A stretch of DNA of 62,879 nucleotides, filler included, from Octopus bimaculoides (GCF_001194135.2; 4 parts of 4 records of this genome joined end to end with filler, not necessarily neighbours in it), one strand, 5' to 3'. Counted from the whole stretch's first letter, positions 1 through 14,820 are shown. A program made the numbers and translations. Notes: a model not told the origin generated them from the sequence alone.

Positions 1-33
<33 letters not shown>

Positions 34-799
34 CATACATACGTATATATATGTATGTATGTATGTATGTATATGTGTGTGTGTGTGTGTGTGTCTATGT
101 TTGTTCACTACCGTCACTTGACAACCGATGTTGGCGTGTTTACGTCTCTGTGACTTGGCTGTTCAGTAAAAGAGATCGGTAGAATAAGTACATGGTCGAT
201 TTGTTCGACTAAAGACGATGCTCCAGCATGACCACAATCAAATGACTGAAACAAGTGAAAGAATAAAAAAATATGTGCCTATTCTGTGTATGTGTAAACA
301 GTTGCGTCTGGTTAATCCGCAAGTTTATCATCTCGAGAAGAATCTGAAAATAGATAGAAGTTTTTCGAATGGATATTTCTATGTCATCAAGAATCTTCTT
401 GCACTTATTCTATGGAAGGAGGAAATATTTTAATGTTAGCTGTGAATATTATAGTGGTTAAATGGCGCCGGTCTTGTTTGTATGTCATGTATGTAAAAAA
501 GAACTAAGCCTCTATGTGTGTTGGTAGATTCTAAGTAGAAATACATACGGGCACTAAGCAGACTATTTCACGCTTGCGTAAACAGAGTATTTAACGTGTA
601 AGTCGCATTCGTGGGAAGTAAATGGATAATAATTTATCTTAGATATGGAATCGTGCGCATGTGAAGGAAGGTCAAAATTTCGGAGCAAGGAAAGAAAAAA
701 GAAAATAAAGCAAGGAACAACACATTCTCAGTAAGTAGTGAAGCGAAATAGTTACTGAATGTAATATGTGAACACGCATAAAGACACGAACGAGTGTGT

Positions 800-831
<32 letters not shown>

Positions 832-1348
832 ANNNNNNNNNNNNNNNNNNNNNNNNNNNNNNNNNNNNNNNNNNNNNNNNNNNNNNNNNNNNNNNNNNNN
901 NNNNNNNNNNNNNNNNNNNNNNNNNNNNNNNNNNNNNNNNNNNNNNNNNNNNNNNNNNNNNNNNNNNNNNNNNNNNNNNNNNNNNNNNNNNNNNNNNNNN
1001 NNNNNNNNNNNNNNNNNNNNNNNNNNNNNNNNNNNNNNNNNNNNNNNNNNNNNNNNNNNNNNNNNNNNNNNNNNNNNNNNNNNNNNNNNNNNNNNNNNNN
1101 NNNNNNNNNNNNNNNNNNNNNNNNNNNNNNNNNNNNNNNNNNNNNNNNNNNNNNNNNNNNNNNNNNNNNNNNNNNNNNNNNNNNNNNNNNNNNNNNNNNN
1201 NNNNNNNNNNNNNNNNNNNNNNNNNNNNNNNNNNNNNNNNNNNNNNNNNNNNNNNNNNNNNNNNNNNNNNNNNNNNNNNNNNNNNNNNNNNNNNNNNNNN
1301 NNNNNNNNNNNNNNNNNNNNNNNNNNNNNNNNNNNNNNNNNNNNNNNN

Positions 1349-1386
<38 letters not shown>

Positions 1387-1636
1387 AAGAGTAACGCAGA
1401 GATTCGATCCGGAAGATGTAGAGAAGGATAATTCATTTGACGGAAACAATTGTTACAAGTTAGTTTTAACATGCTTTTTGAAATGATGGCCACATGGTTT
1501 CGGTTAGAGTCCCAGCACGTGGCACCTTGGGCAAAGTGGATTCTACTGCAGCCCAGGTTAGACAAAAGCCTTGTGAGTCCATTTAGTAGATGGAAACTCA
1601 AAGAAACCAATCTCATGTCTGTCTATCTGTCTGTCA

Positions 1637-1680
<44 letters not shown>

Positions 1681-1732
1681 GCCTGCCTGTCTGTCAGTCT
1701 ATCTACCTATATATCTATCTATCTATATACCT

Positions 1733-1950
1733 AAGGTGAGAATAGAGAGACAGTTTTGTCTCGTGAAAGTTTCATTAAAAGGTGGGTGAATCTAGCAAAG
1801 ATGGTGCGTGCGAGTGACAATACCTCTTTGAGCATGATCCTATAAATCGAAAAAAAAAAAAATTAAAAAAAAAGAGAGAGAGAGCACTTCACTCTTATGT
1901 GTCTATTCCCTGCTGAGGTTACCATGGTCTTTTCCGTAGGCTTTTCTCTC
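1733..1950 (+). mobile_element. Short 3' fragment of the same L1/Tx1 family
   Basis: aaggtgagaatagagagac...aaaaggtgggtgaatctagcaaag resembles 38312-38400 (KMRVETEVL...KRWVNVAKI). Confidence 0.4.
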
Positions 1951-4538
1951 CATGGATAACCCTAATGTTACCCCATTTTACACAATTGACATTTTCTGTG
2001 ATATACGATACCCCCCCCTTTTNNNNNNNNNNNNNNNNNNNNNNNNNNNNNNNNNNNNNNNNNNNNNNNNNNNNNNNNNNNNNNNNNNNNNNNNNNNNNN
2101 NNNNNNNNNNNNNNNNNNNNNNNNNNNNNNNNNNNNNNNNNNNNNNNNNNNNNNNNNNNNNNNNNNNNNNNNNNNNNNNNNNNNNNNNNNNNNNNNNNNN
2201 NNNNNNNNNNNNNNNNNNNNNNNNNNNNNNNNNNNNNNNNNNNNNNNNNNNNNNNNNNNNNNNNNNNNNNNNNNNNNNNNNNNNNNNNNNNNNNNNNNNN
2301 NNNNNNNNNNNNNNNNNNNNNNNNNNNNNNNNNNNNNNNNNNNNNNNNNNNNNNNNNNNNNNNNNNNNNNNNNNNNNNATATATATATATATATATACAT
2401 ATATATGAGTGGTGTGTAGTCATCTCATACACTCACATAGACACACTCACAAACACATATATGACTTCGTCTTTGTGTCTGTTACCACCGTGGTTTACTT
2501 AGGTGCGCATAACATAGCGATTCGACAAAGAGGCTGACAGAATTAGTACCAAACTTTAAAAACATCTCTTGGCGTTGCTTTGAGAAACTGAAACCCTTGA
2601 GCGGGGTACGCCTGAATGACTGTAGTCAAATTACTGAGGGAAATAGAAGATAACTTAAATTTAACATAAAAAGAATAAAAACTGACATATCCTACTTTCA
2701 AAAGCAACACGGAACCCACACTCACAGACAGCATGCATACGTATGTGTATGTCAGTGTGTGTGTGCGTGTGTGTACGTGCATGTGTGTGTGCGTGTGTGT
2801 ATTTGTGTATGTGTGTGTGTGTGTGTGTTTGTGTGTGCATATTTAGTTGCCCATAGATCAATGAACTTTGCTTGGTTCAAAAATTAGTGTGGCAGCTTGT
2901 TATCTAGTTTTAGTTATAGTTGTTCGAGTCATGTAACGATTCGTCTGGACGGTATTGAATTTCACAATGCTGCAATTTCAATATCATGATAATATATATT
3001 AACTTAACTTTCTGCACTTGTAACATCTTAAGTTCAGCTGCGTTAAGTTGAATGATGTTAATGAATATTCAAGTTATTCAATTAACTTATATAAATTAGA
3101 GTGAAGTGTGTTGTTACATAGCATAGTCCATCTTTAACAAGTTATGCTGTTAAATATAGACCGGGTGCTGTATCAGCACATGATAATTTAATTGCCTTAC
3201 CATAACATGTGTGACGGATGATCAGCTATTTGCTGTACTCTTAGTATAAAACATATATAAAAAAAATGTTCTGTAGCAATGTTCGGCAAGAAAATGAGGA
3301 CGGTTCAACATTAAACGGATTTACATAATTTGTTTTATCATCTGAATCTTTCATACGTTTCTGTAGTAATATAACTTATTAAATACATTAATTTATAATT
3401 AATGAAAGCAAAAAGGCATAGTTTATATCTGTATAAATACATAAAAATTTATGTTATTTTGAAATCGAACACTGATAAGAGCTTTTAATAATTTTGGTAA
3501 ACTATGATCATTTCATGTTAGAACTGTTCATCAATAAATCGATTTAAAAAAGTGTTTATTTACGTATAGGTCAATTAAAAGAGCAGTCAGATTATATGAG
3601 CAAATAAACATGTAGAGGTTCGATTAATTAAAAATCTGGGTTTATTAGATGGTTCAAAATCAATATGATGTTCTATTATAACAATTGCGATAGCAGGATT
3701 CGTGCATCTCAACTAACAAATTCTGAAAGTTGATAGAATAAATTCTCATAGGAAAAAGAAAAGAATAGAAATTTAAAAACAAGTTTATGACACTTATGTT
3801 ATCATAATTCATGGGACGTACGGAATAAAACGAAGCAAAAAAATCTTCTAGGAGATAATATATCAACGATTCAGAAAATTTAATAAATATTATGGCATAC
3901 TGAAGAGAAGTTAAAACGTTCGGGAAGAATACTTGACGAAGTTAAAAGAGAAGTTTTGTTACGATATAAACTTGCAAAAAGGAAGAAAATGATGAAGGAA
4001 ATGTTAAGTCCTAGTAGGCACAAATGATTGTCAGAAACAGGAAAATGTAACAAGACCACCAGCGGATGAGCAGATTTGAAAATCGTTTTCACGTTAGATA
4101 CAACGACAAGAAACCTCTATATAGACAGAGAACACATGCACATATAAATATCTATTTAATGGTTAATGAGCTGGCAGAATCGGAAGAAAAAGTCAGAAAA
4201 AGGTGACTTGCGGCATTTATTCCATCGCAGTGCATTTTGACTTCGAATATAGCCAGGGTAAAATATATTTTCCAGCATTCCGGGTGAATAAAATAGAGTA
4301 ATTCACTTGTCCTGAACTCAGTGTAATCCGGTAAATCCTCTCCCGAAAATTGCTGGCGTTTTGAATTATATATACATGTGTGTATGTATATATGTGCGCG
4401 TGGGTATATATATATTTATATAAGGGGCATTATTACAGAATAATGCCACACACTGGACTTCCCAAAATAAACACATTTAGTACCGAATGCGAGGAAAACA
4501 ACCAACAGAAGAAGACCAACTTTCCTTTAAATAACTCA

Positions 4539-4600
4539 ACTATGTATCGACCGATTTCGCGATTACTAAAATTAATCTAGACTCTGCTCATTAGCATAGT
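4539..4600 (-). ncRNA. Type-I hammerhead ribozyme fossil (G5A core mutation)
   Basis: Minus strand: actatg-CTAATGA-gc...gc-GAAA-tcg-gt-cga-TA-catagt. It has a perfect 6-bp stem I, a G-C closed stem II and a quasi-palindromic stem III. Confidence 0.55.
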
Positions 4601-5769
4601 ATTGTTCAATAAAAAATATATATAAATAAACAGAATTCTCACCTTACCAAAAACAAACACTCTTCGTATCCGACAAAGCAAAGNNNNNNNNNNAAAAACA
4701 AACACTCTTCGTATCCGACAAAGCAAAGGGAATGACGTTTATCTGTATACATCTTCATCTAAGAAGCGGGAATACGACTGGGTTGTTTTATGGTACACGT
4801 GTGGAGACAGGAATAAAAAATCCAGCATTGAATATATTCTGTGTAAATATTTGATTAATANNNNNNNNNNNNNNNNNNNNNNNNNNNNNNNNNNNNNNNN
4901 NNNNNNNNNNNNNNNNNNNNNNNNNNNNNNNNNNNNNNNNNNNNNNNNNNNNNNNNNNNNNNNNNNNNNNNNNNNNNNNNNNNNNNNNNNNNNNNNNNNN
5001 NNNNNNNNNNNNNNNNNNNNNNNNNNNNNNNNNNNNNNNNNNNNNNNNNNNNNNNNNNNNNNNNNNNNNNNNNNNNNNNNNNNNNNNNNNNNNNNNNNNN
5101 NNNNNNNNNNNNNNNNNNNNNNNNNNNNNNNNNNNNNNNNNNNNNNNNNNNNNNNNNNNNNNNNNNNNNNNNNNNNNNNNNNNNNNNNNNNNNNNNNNNN
5201 NNNNNNNNNNNNNNNNNNNNNNNNNNNNNNNNNNNNNNNNNNNNNNNNNNNNNNNNNNNNNNNNNNNNNNNNNNNNNNNNNNNNNNNNNNNNNNNNNNNN
5301 NNNNNNNNNNNNNNNNNNNNNNNNNNNNNNNNNNNNNNNNNNNNNNNNNNNNNNNNNNNNNNNNNNNNNNNNNNNNNNNNNNNNNNNNNNNNNNNNNNNN
5401 NNNNNNNNNNNNNNNNNNNNNNNNNNNNNNNNNNNNNNNNNNNNNNNNNNNNNNNNNNNNNNNNNNNNNNNNNNNNNNNNNNNNNNNNNNNNNNNNNNNN
5501 NNNNNNNNNNNNNNNNNNNNNNNNNNNNNNNNNNNNNNNNNNNNNNNNNNNNNNNNNNNNNNNNNNNNNNNNNNNNNNNNNNNNNNNNNNNNNNNNNNNN
5601 NNNNNNNNNNNNNNNNNNNNNNNNNNNNNNNNNNNNNNNNNNNNNNNTATATATATATACACACACACATACACGTACACACACACATACACGTACATAC
5701 ACACACGTACACATAATAGCCTACTAACAACATTGTCTGTGCATATAGAAAATGTGGGTATTGGGTTCT

Positions 5770-6790
5770 GACACCTATGTATATTTCGTATTTAGTACTG
5801 GGGATGTTTCCTTAATGATGACGTACTTTTGTACTTGTTTAAGTGTTGGGGCCTTCGGGTGCTTGGATAAAATGAGGATGTTAAGTTGACCCAGTGTGCC
5901 TCTATGCTGGTGTTTGGCATGCTGGTAGAGTATCGAGGATTGGTTTTAGTCGTCATTGGTCCTAGATGTCTCACCTTGATGTCTCACCTATATAAATATT
6001 ATGTTCTTGTCTTTACCAGCACCCTCTATGCACCCTATGCTGTAGACTACTCTTCTAGTTCTACAGTTAATGCCAGGGTTAGTCTTACATACAATGTTGT
6101 TATATCATTGTTGCATGTGGTATTCTCTTAGGGGTACGTCCTACATAGTTGTGATCTGGTGGAGCTCGCTGAATTTTCCCCGATCTTAATGTTGAGTTTA
6201 GCCTCCTTCAGAACTTTCCTAAATCTACAGACTAGTTTACCACTGGCTCCTTGATATTTGTCGGTTTCATACCACCTGTTCACCCTGTTCACAAGCTCTT
6301 TGTATCCTATTCCAGTATTTACTTCCATATCTAGGGCAGGTACATCTGGTTTCATTACTTATAACGCTATCTAAATTCTTTGTAGCATCCCTGTATATCC
6401 GAACCCCATCTTTCGGATCATATCCAGAGAATTTCATGCGGTGCTTAAAGTTTTGTACCTGCTTCTTTTGTTTTATGGGGTTCGCATAGTGGGGTCACGT
6501 TGTTCATTATCCTAACTAGGTCTTCTATCAGTATGTTCATTTTCCTGTTGTGTCATAAAGCTGAGTTCTTGTGAACAACATATTTACAAGCTATAGGTTT
6601 CATGTAATAGGAACGGAGGAGCTGCACTCCGTTGTCCACTGTCTCTAGCCAAAACTCAGTATCAAGGACAGGGAGTCTATGTTTATTGGGGTAATCTATA
6701 TTTACTTTGATACTCTGGTGGATGGAGTAAGCTACGTGTTGGATGTTCTCCATTATGCTCCTCTCGGTTTCTACATTGCAGTTACTAGAG
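5770..6790 (-). mobile_element. Degenerate Penelope-like element (RT C-terminal region)
   Basis: IDYPNKHRLPVLDTEFWL...YYMKPIACKYVVHKNSAL, then KMNILIEDLVRIMNNV and RMKFSGY, across stops and frameshifts. This is the PLE LPxLD..KP..S..K..R..GY pattern. Confidence 0.65.
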
Positions 6791-9700
6791 TATGTGCTAA
6801 CTAGAATGTTAACGTCATCTACATACCTACAGTAAAGTAAAACAATAGTGGATTATTCTGCTAAGGATTGTTTTAATTTTATGTTCCACCAAGTCATGAA
6901 GACGTAAGCCGCATCTCCAGCCATACCGATACCTATGGATGCACCTTGAACCTGCATGTGTAGTTTCTTGTTAAACTTTACAAACACATACACACATACA
7001 TACAAAAGAAGGTTGAAATACATGATCATATACAAGTATGCACAATTCACACAAGGACTCATGGAGACACATTCATACAGAACAAACGCACATACATAGC
7101 CACACAAACCCATATATAGGCACGCTCAAATATGCACACAGAAGAACACAGAGGTACACTTACAAATACATACGCACACACCCATACATACAAACACCGG
7201 ATACGATATGATATATATCCACCATTGCTACTACAATTATCTCCGGAAAATACCCACAAGGATTCTTTACATGGATGTTTACTGCCGGCATGAAGCTCCA
7301 CTACAAGTACTGTTTCTTCTTTGTTCTTTTTTCTGCGCATCGTTCTCACTTCTTACTACAAATCTCCTCCTATAGATGTAATAATCCATTCTTCTACTAT
7401 TACCGTCTCCGATGACGGGATANNNNNNNNNNNNNNNNNNNNNNNNNNNNNNNNNNNNNNNNNNNNNNNNNNNNNNNNNNNNNNNNNNNNNNNNNNNNNN
7501 NNNNNNNNNNNNNNNNNNNNNNNNNNNNNNNNNNNNNNNNNNNNNNNNNNNNNNNNNNNNNNNNNNNNNNNNNNNNNNNNNNNNNNNNNATATATATATA
7601 TATATACACATACATACATACATGTATATATGACGGGCCTCTTTCAGATTCCGTGTACCAAATCCATTCACAAGGCAATGATCAGTCCGAGGCTATAGTA
7701 GGGGACACTTGCTCAAGGTGTCACGCAATGGGATTGGACTCAGAGCCATGTGGTTGGGAAGGAAGCTTCTTAACACCCAGACGCACCTGTGCATATCGCA
7801 GGCAGTATTGAAAAGTTGCTGGGATGGGGTAAAAAAAAAATAAAAATAGAGAAGGATCAGTTAATTAAGATTTTATTGAACATACTCTCCTCTCAGATTC
7901 CAATATTAATTGCAGCGGCTTTTTATGTTTCCTAAGCCCTGTTAGAAAACTCAGGAAGTTGGAGCTCCAGCCAGGCCTTTCGTTACACCCTTAAAATCAG
8001 GAACCTTTTAGTACCCCCTCGTATATGTATATATGTATGTGTGTATGTATGCATATATGTGCGTGTATGTATGTATTTGTCTGCGTGTATATGTGTTGTG
8101 TGTGTTTGTGTTGGTGTGTGTGTGTATGTGTGTGTATGCCTTTGTGTCTGTGTTTGTCCCCACCATTCCTCGACCACCGGTTTTGGTGTATTTAATTTCT
8201 AGGAGCATTGGATTTCGAGAAAAAGGACCGACAGTTTAAGTTCCAGGCTATAAAAATGTAAGTATTGGGATCGACGAAAAATCTTCGCGGCGGTACCACA
8301 GAATAGCTTCAATCTAATGACTTAAAAACCATATGAAAGAAATATAAAAAGATAACTGGGTTATAATATGTATATATATTTTCCTCGGTGTTTTCTTAGA
8401 TTTTATTCCAACAATGCATCACTATCTCAGAGGAAAAAGCCTTATATTTTTTAATATTCGAGCTTCTGGCGAGTACTGCCGAATGCCGTTGATAGCATTC
8501 TGTTTTGGAGTGTTCTTAGTGAAAGACAACGGTACATGCGCAGTGTGGAATTTCCACTGAAAGCCAGTATCTCTCAGTCTTACATTTATTACTGTAGGTG
8601 AGATAACCTCATGTTCTTACAAACCGTCTCAGTGGTACATTTTCCCCGAAAATAGAAGAATGCAAGCAATTCAATATGTATCAGTGCTGTTCTATTGTAA
8701 TCATTTAAGGTGAAGTGTACTGTTCCGTACCTATTTCTCGTGATGCTACTTTTAGGAATCAAAACCATAAAAGAGAAGTCGTGATCTTTAATCTCTGTTT
8801 AACGAATGGTACCACCTTACATTGCGAAACAGCATAGATTGAATAAGTTTGTGGTTGTTCTTTTTTATCTGTGTATTAATAAATAATAATTTGGTTAAAA
8901 TAATTTAAATAACACACACTAGAATGGGTGATGGAAATGGAGGTAACAGAGAAGATTAGAAATAAGTATATATTTTGCTATGCTGTCCTTGATTCAGAAG
9001 TATAAGTAGTTTAAGGAAATTTGTGGTTAGGTGATGAGGCGTTAATTTGCAGTACGGAACACGATTGACAAGGAAGAGAGGATGAGATGCGCTGGTAGAT
9101 TTATAGAGAGACGATTCATTAAGACTGACAAAAGTAACATATAGATACACATAGATATGTGCATGTGCATCGATGTATATGGACAGCATCTATGCGACTC
9201 AACGCACTTTAACATACCTCAGGCCTAGTGCACATGGACATGAAGCATAGATATATAGAGTGAGCTATATATGTATTTAGCAACCTCGCATATATTCAAC
9301 ATACACAGTGTATGTAGTGGACAAGAACGAACGTATGCCATATGCATACATACGTACATATGCATCCATGTATATATTTTATATATGCATACGTGTGCGT
9401 ATGTATGCATGTATATATGTATATATGTAAATATATATATATATGTGTCTATATTTGTATATATATATATATCTGTATATATACATACATATATATATAT
9501 ATGTGTGTGTGTGTGTGTATACATATATGTGTATATATATATATATATATATNNNNNNNNNNNNNNNNNNNNNNNNNNNNNNNNNNNNNNNNNNNNNNNN
9601 NNNNNNNNNNNNNNNNNNNNNNNNNNNNNNNNNNNNNNNNNNNNNNNNNTATATATAGTTATAACTTAATTGCAAATAGACGTGTATCGTTCGATAATAT

Positions 9701-10342
9701 TATAATACAAATGAAATATGAGCATATGCATGTATACATACATGTATATACATACCTACATCTACATGTATATATAGAAGTATATCCGGGTACAGGACGT
9801 GAAAAAAGGAACGGGAACATAAACAAAGCATAAACATGGACTTTTTTACAGACAACAGAATGAACACAGGAAAACGGACGAGCCACTTATGGAACTTTTC
9901 CTTTATCAGCTGCCTCTATTCTAAACTAGGCGTTTCGAAGATGAGGCAGAAGGCGCTCTTAGAATAGCTCTTCCCGTGAAGTGGACTAACCTGCTAAGCG
10001 GAGTGTTCCAAAGTAGCAAACAAAAACCAAGACAGGAAAAATTTAACTGAAAACAACAGTAAGCCGAACGCGATGAGGTACTGAACGCTGTGATGTGACG
10101 AACCTGAACGGAAAGGGACAGTAGTTCGTCTTGCCTTTATGCTGGACGAAGAGAGGAAGGAAGAGGTGACCACAGATCACATGTGATCAACGAGGAGTGG
10201 TAGAGAGAGGAAAAGGGAAGAATTGGAACAAAGGTGAGCGACGAGAGCCAGAGAAGGAGAGTAAGAGAGAGATATGTATAGCAGTGAAGGGGAGAAGCAA
10301 GGACAACAGAAGGAAGAAGAACGAGAGGGGGAGATACGTAAG

Positions 10343-10382
<40 letters not shown>

Positions 10383-10553
10383 CAGACATAAACATAGAGT
10401 CGCGTCAGAAATATAAAGTTAAAACATACTTGCAATGGACGCGTAGCGTTCGATAATATAATAATACAAATGATATATGAACATATGCATGTATACATAC
10501 ATATATGTACATACCTACATCTACATATATATATATAGATGCATATCCGGGTC

Positions 10554-10613
10554 TTTTGGTATTTTGTCCCGTATTTTGGTATTTTGTCCCGTATTTTGGT
10601 ATTTTGTCCCGTA
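10554..10613. repeat. 20-bp minisatellite x3 (ttttggtattttgtcccgta)
   Basis: Three perfect tandem units with no spacers. Confidence 0.9.
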
Positions 10614-10784
10614 CTTGTCTCTCATTATATGTTTGTCTGTGTTTCACTGGTTAGTGCCGTCCTGGTCTTGTATATTTCTTGCTATTTTGTCCTGTACTTA
10701 TCTCTCATGTGTTTACGCATACACACACATACACACACACACACCCACACATAAACACAAACATATATATGTATATTTAGAGGA

Positions 10785-10881
<97 letters not shown>

Positions 10882-11904
10882 TCTATCTATATAAATATAA
10901 ACTACTTATATCCATATATGCATATGCATTTATGTGTGTGTATAAGTATAGGTGTATTAGGAATGCAAACGAACATGTCTTGTTATCGAATGCATTGCTT
11001 GCGTATGTCAGTAATGCGTCTCTATAACAAGCAGAAACTTTAACCTGCAGATAAAGAGAGGCTACATATCTGTCAGGAAACTAAAACTCATGGAATATGT
11101 ATTCTTCGGATATTAAATATAATTTACTCAGTCCATTGCATTAAATGTACAGCTTTTGCTATGATTAAATGATTGTAAGAACTGTACATTTTACATCAAA
11201 TAGCATTACCTCAACTACAATGATACCGTTTGATGAGGAAGTTTCTTGCTTTCTTTCAAGTTCCATTGTGTTCTATTTTCTCTTTGTTTCAGCTCTTGTG
11301 CAATTTATTTTCCGTGTTATTCTATAAGGGAGAATGTTTGGCGCAGTATTAGTATTTCGTTAATATTTCTGAACCATGCAAAATTTCCAATATCTGCTGG
11401 GATATTAAAGTATAGAAGGATCAGAACACATTTTTACTGTTCAATAACATTTTATCTTTGAATAGTTTTATATCTTGAAACAGCAGCACCGAGGTATTTT
11501 ATAGATATATCGCTAATACCATAACAGGTATTGTGTTTGGGTTTTATCATTGTTGTTTATGTTTTTACAGCTTATTTATCTTGAACAGTTTGCAGTAGTG
11601 GGTATGTGTGTAAGACACATTTTATTATTTCTGTGTATTTGTCTATTTATTATGTGTGTATACGAGGAAGTCTTAGAAGATTTGTTTGTTAAAAACATTG
11701 CTACGTTGCTAAGTATATGCATACAGCCATTAAGATTCGTGTAGTAATGCGCATGAAATTACGAAGCTGTTCTTGCGTGGGTACGTATGATTGCATGCAC
11801 ATTCTCTAGAAGAGGCAGGGTTTGCGCATTTTTCTCATGCAGTGTGTGTTTGTATGTGTGCATATACACACACACACACACATATATATATATTTGTTTA
11901 GCCT

Positions 11905-12300
11905 TTTATTTGTTTCAATCATTTGACTGCGGCCGTGCTGGAGCACCGCCTTTAGTCGAACAAATCAACCCAGGACTTGTAAGCCTAGTACTTAGTCAAT
12001 CGAAATCTTTTGCCGAACCGCTAAGTTACGGGGACGTAAACACAACAACATCGGTTATCAAGCGATGGTGGGAGGAAAGCACAGACACACAAACATGCAC
12101 ATACATAAACACACAAACACACACACACACACATATGCGATGGGCTTCTTTCAGTTTCCGTCTACCAAATCCACTTACAAGGCTTTGGTTGACCCGAGGT
12201 TGCAGAAGACACTTTCCGCAGGTGCCACACAGTGGGACAACCCGGACCATGTGGTTGGTAAGCAAGCTACTTACCACATATCCACTACCACGCCTTGGCT
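11905..12300 (-). mobile_element. SINE family B (tRNA-like head, internal (TG)n, 3' ccagcatggccgcagtcaaatgactgaaac)
   Basis: Near-identical to 50845-51241. Partial copies at about 95-275 (+), 7630-7790, 27930-28075 (+), 46735-46885, 53990-54315 and 61675-61800. Confidence 0.8.
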
Positions 12301-14104
12301 ACTTACCATATATTCATACAGAAAGAGAGACATAGAGAAAGAGAGAGAGAGAGAGATGTATATGCATACATAACGTCATGTTTACATATAAGTATATGTG
12401 AATATATATGTATGCACATAAATATATATATGTATGTATATATATATATATATATATATGCACATAGGTAGGTATATATGTCTGTATGTATATATGCATG
12501 TATGTATGTATGTATGCATGCATGTATCTCTCTATCTATCTCTCTATCTATCTATCTATCTNNNNNNNNNNNNNNNNNNNNNNNNNNNNNNNNNNNNNNN
12601 NNNNNNNNNNNNNNNNNNNNNNNNNNNNNNNNNNNNNNNNNNNNNNNNNNNNNNNNNNNNNNNNNNNNNNNNNNNNNNNNNNNNNNNNNNNNNNNNNNNN
12701 NNNNNNNNNNNNNNNNNNNNNNNNNNNNNNNNNNNNNNNNNNNNNNNNNNNNNNNNNNNNNNNNNNNNNNNNNNNNNNNNNNNNNNNNNNNNNNNNNNNN
12801 NNNNNNNNNNNNNNNNNNNNNNNNNNNNNNNNNNNNNNNNNNNNNNNNNNNNNNNNNNNNNNNNNNNNNNNNNNNNNNNNNNNNNNNNNATATATATATA
12901 ACAATATAAAGTTGTAAGGTACATATATATATACATATGCTAAGTTTATGGCTTGTGTGTTCACGTTATTGGTTAGAATGTGTGTATAAATATTACCATA
13001 TATTATTTCACATATATTGCTATAAAAAGATTATTCACGTGCGTACAAAATCTGGGAATGTCAATCGTTTTATCACAGTTATGTTCGTGCATCTCTTGTC
13101 ACTTTTTTCCATTTACTACAAACGCTAGAGTAGGTGGCATTTACCGAAGGTTCTTTAATGCTTACTGCTCTATAATTCTCTTTTTAGTCTATGTGAAATG
13201 GACTGCAATTGTGTATTACTATCTATTATTCTCTTCCTTGTGCGTATGTTGCATCAGTTGTCTATGTGTCTATGTATATCCATGTGAACATGTCTCCCTC
13301 GTTTCCTTAGTGTGGCTACCAGCACATAAATTAGACCAGAATAACTCCTAAACAGCATAATTTTAGAACAGTAATCTTGTTTCTTCATAGTTATTGCCCT
13401 AATGTAAATGAGAAATATATTTCATTGGTATCTGTTAGATATTTGATATCCCATACTTTCGTGTTTTATTTGCAAGCTTCCACGGAATATACATTGGGGC
13501 TGAATCATTGCCATAAATACTTAATACTTTCTTTAGTATATGACACACATTTCGAAAACTTTGCCCAAATGATTTATGAATTTCGCAAGTCATAATACTC
13601 AAATAGATAATTTAGCAAGTTTATTCGCTATTATAGTATTATATATAAAGGCAAAGAACTACATTTCAAGGAAGCATGTAATAGATTTCGCCGATAAAAC
13701 TTCGTTTATAGAAAATAACATGGGCGCAGCTAAGCGAACAGTTGACCTGCGCAACATAACAGTAAACTGACTATTAACTGACTTGCTAAAATTTGGAAAT
13801 GTAGCAATGACATATTGAATATTATAGTCCTTGATGAATTAATTTTGGTTTAACTTGTCGAATACGGTAGACATGAACCATGAAAATAGAAATAGTCATG
13901 TGGTGAATAAAAGTCCGCCATTAGCTCAATGATTAGAAATATATTAATTATTTCAGCAGGTAAGGGAAACAGCTCAGTATTTCAGTATTATTAGACATCG
14001 TTAGCGAAGTATAGATTCCACTGTACCTGTGGACATTGTGAAGAGAAGATCACATAGTTGTGTGAAATATAATAACTCAGGACCTTGCGATATAAGTAAG
14101 CTTA

Positions 14105-14310
14105 TCTGTTACTAAAATTGAATATAACACCAGATATATTAATCTTCTGAAGAACGGGAGCAATTTTGCAGTAGCCAACAATACCAGTTAATAAAATTCC
14201 TGAAATTAGGTCAAGAGACGAGGTAGTTATTGACGTTAAAGTCAGAGAACATGTTTCATGACTTATATCAAGGTTTAATATTAAATTTGCTCTCCGTTCT
14301 GACTTCCTCA
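14105..14310 (+). mobile_element. Possible Penelope-like ORF N-terminal fragment
   Basis: INLLKNGSNFAVA...NKIP...EVVIDVK resembles the PLE LLxxGxNFA..P motif. Short and interrupted. Confidence 0.3.
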
Positions 14311-14579
14311 TGTTGAGTTTATAATTAGAGTATTATGATGTCTATGGAATTGATTATAAGACTTTGGTTGCAATGATAAGTATGTAGACTCGTTACAACG
14401 CAGAATAAGATGTCATATGTTATTTGTCCTCGGTTTTTGCGTTTTGAATTCAAATTCAGCCGAGGTCAAATATTTCGTTCATTCTTACTTTATGGAAAGG
14501 ACGATGGGTGTCAGATACCGCAGCAATTAAAATCGACAAACCTCTCACACAGTCTCAAATATATAGTTTTCATATGTTA

Positions 14580-14647
<68 letters not shown>

Positions 14648-14659
14648 TTATTATTTCGA

Positions 14660-14820
14660 ACTGGCAAAACCTTTAACATGCCAGACAAAATGCTTAGCTG
14701 CATTTCCTCCGTCTTTACGTTCGGAGTTCAAGTTCCTCTGCAATCGACTTTGCCTTTCATCCTGAAGGGTTCGATAAAATAAGTACCAATTACGCACTGG
14801 GGTCAATATATTCGACAAGA
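14660..14820 (+). mobile_element. SINE family A copy (diverged)
   Basis: ctggcaaaacc...gactttgcctttcatcctgaagggttcgataaaataagtacc. Confidence 0.7.

Noticed and set aside
4650-4726. About 33-bp exact direct repeat either side of a 10-N gap
   Set aside because: This is a typical unmerged contig overlap.
10554-10613. 20-bp repeats as a possible CRISPR array
   Set aside because: The units are contiguous with no spacers, in a eukaryotic context with no cas genes.
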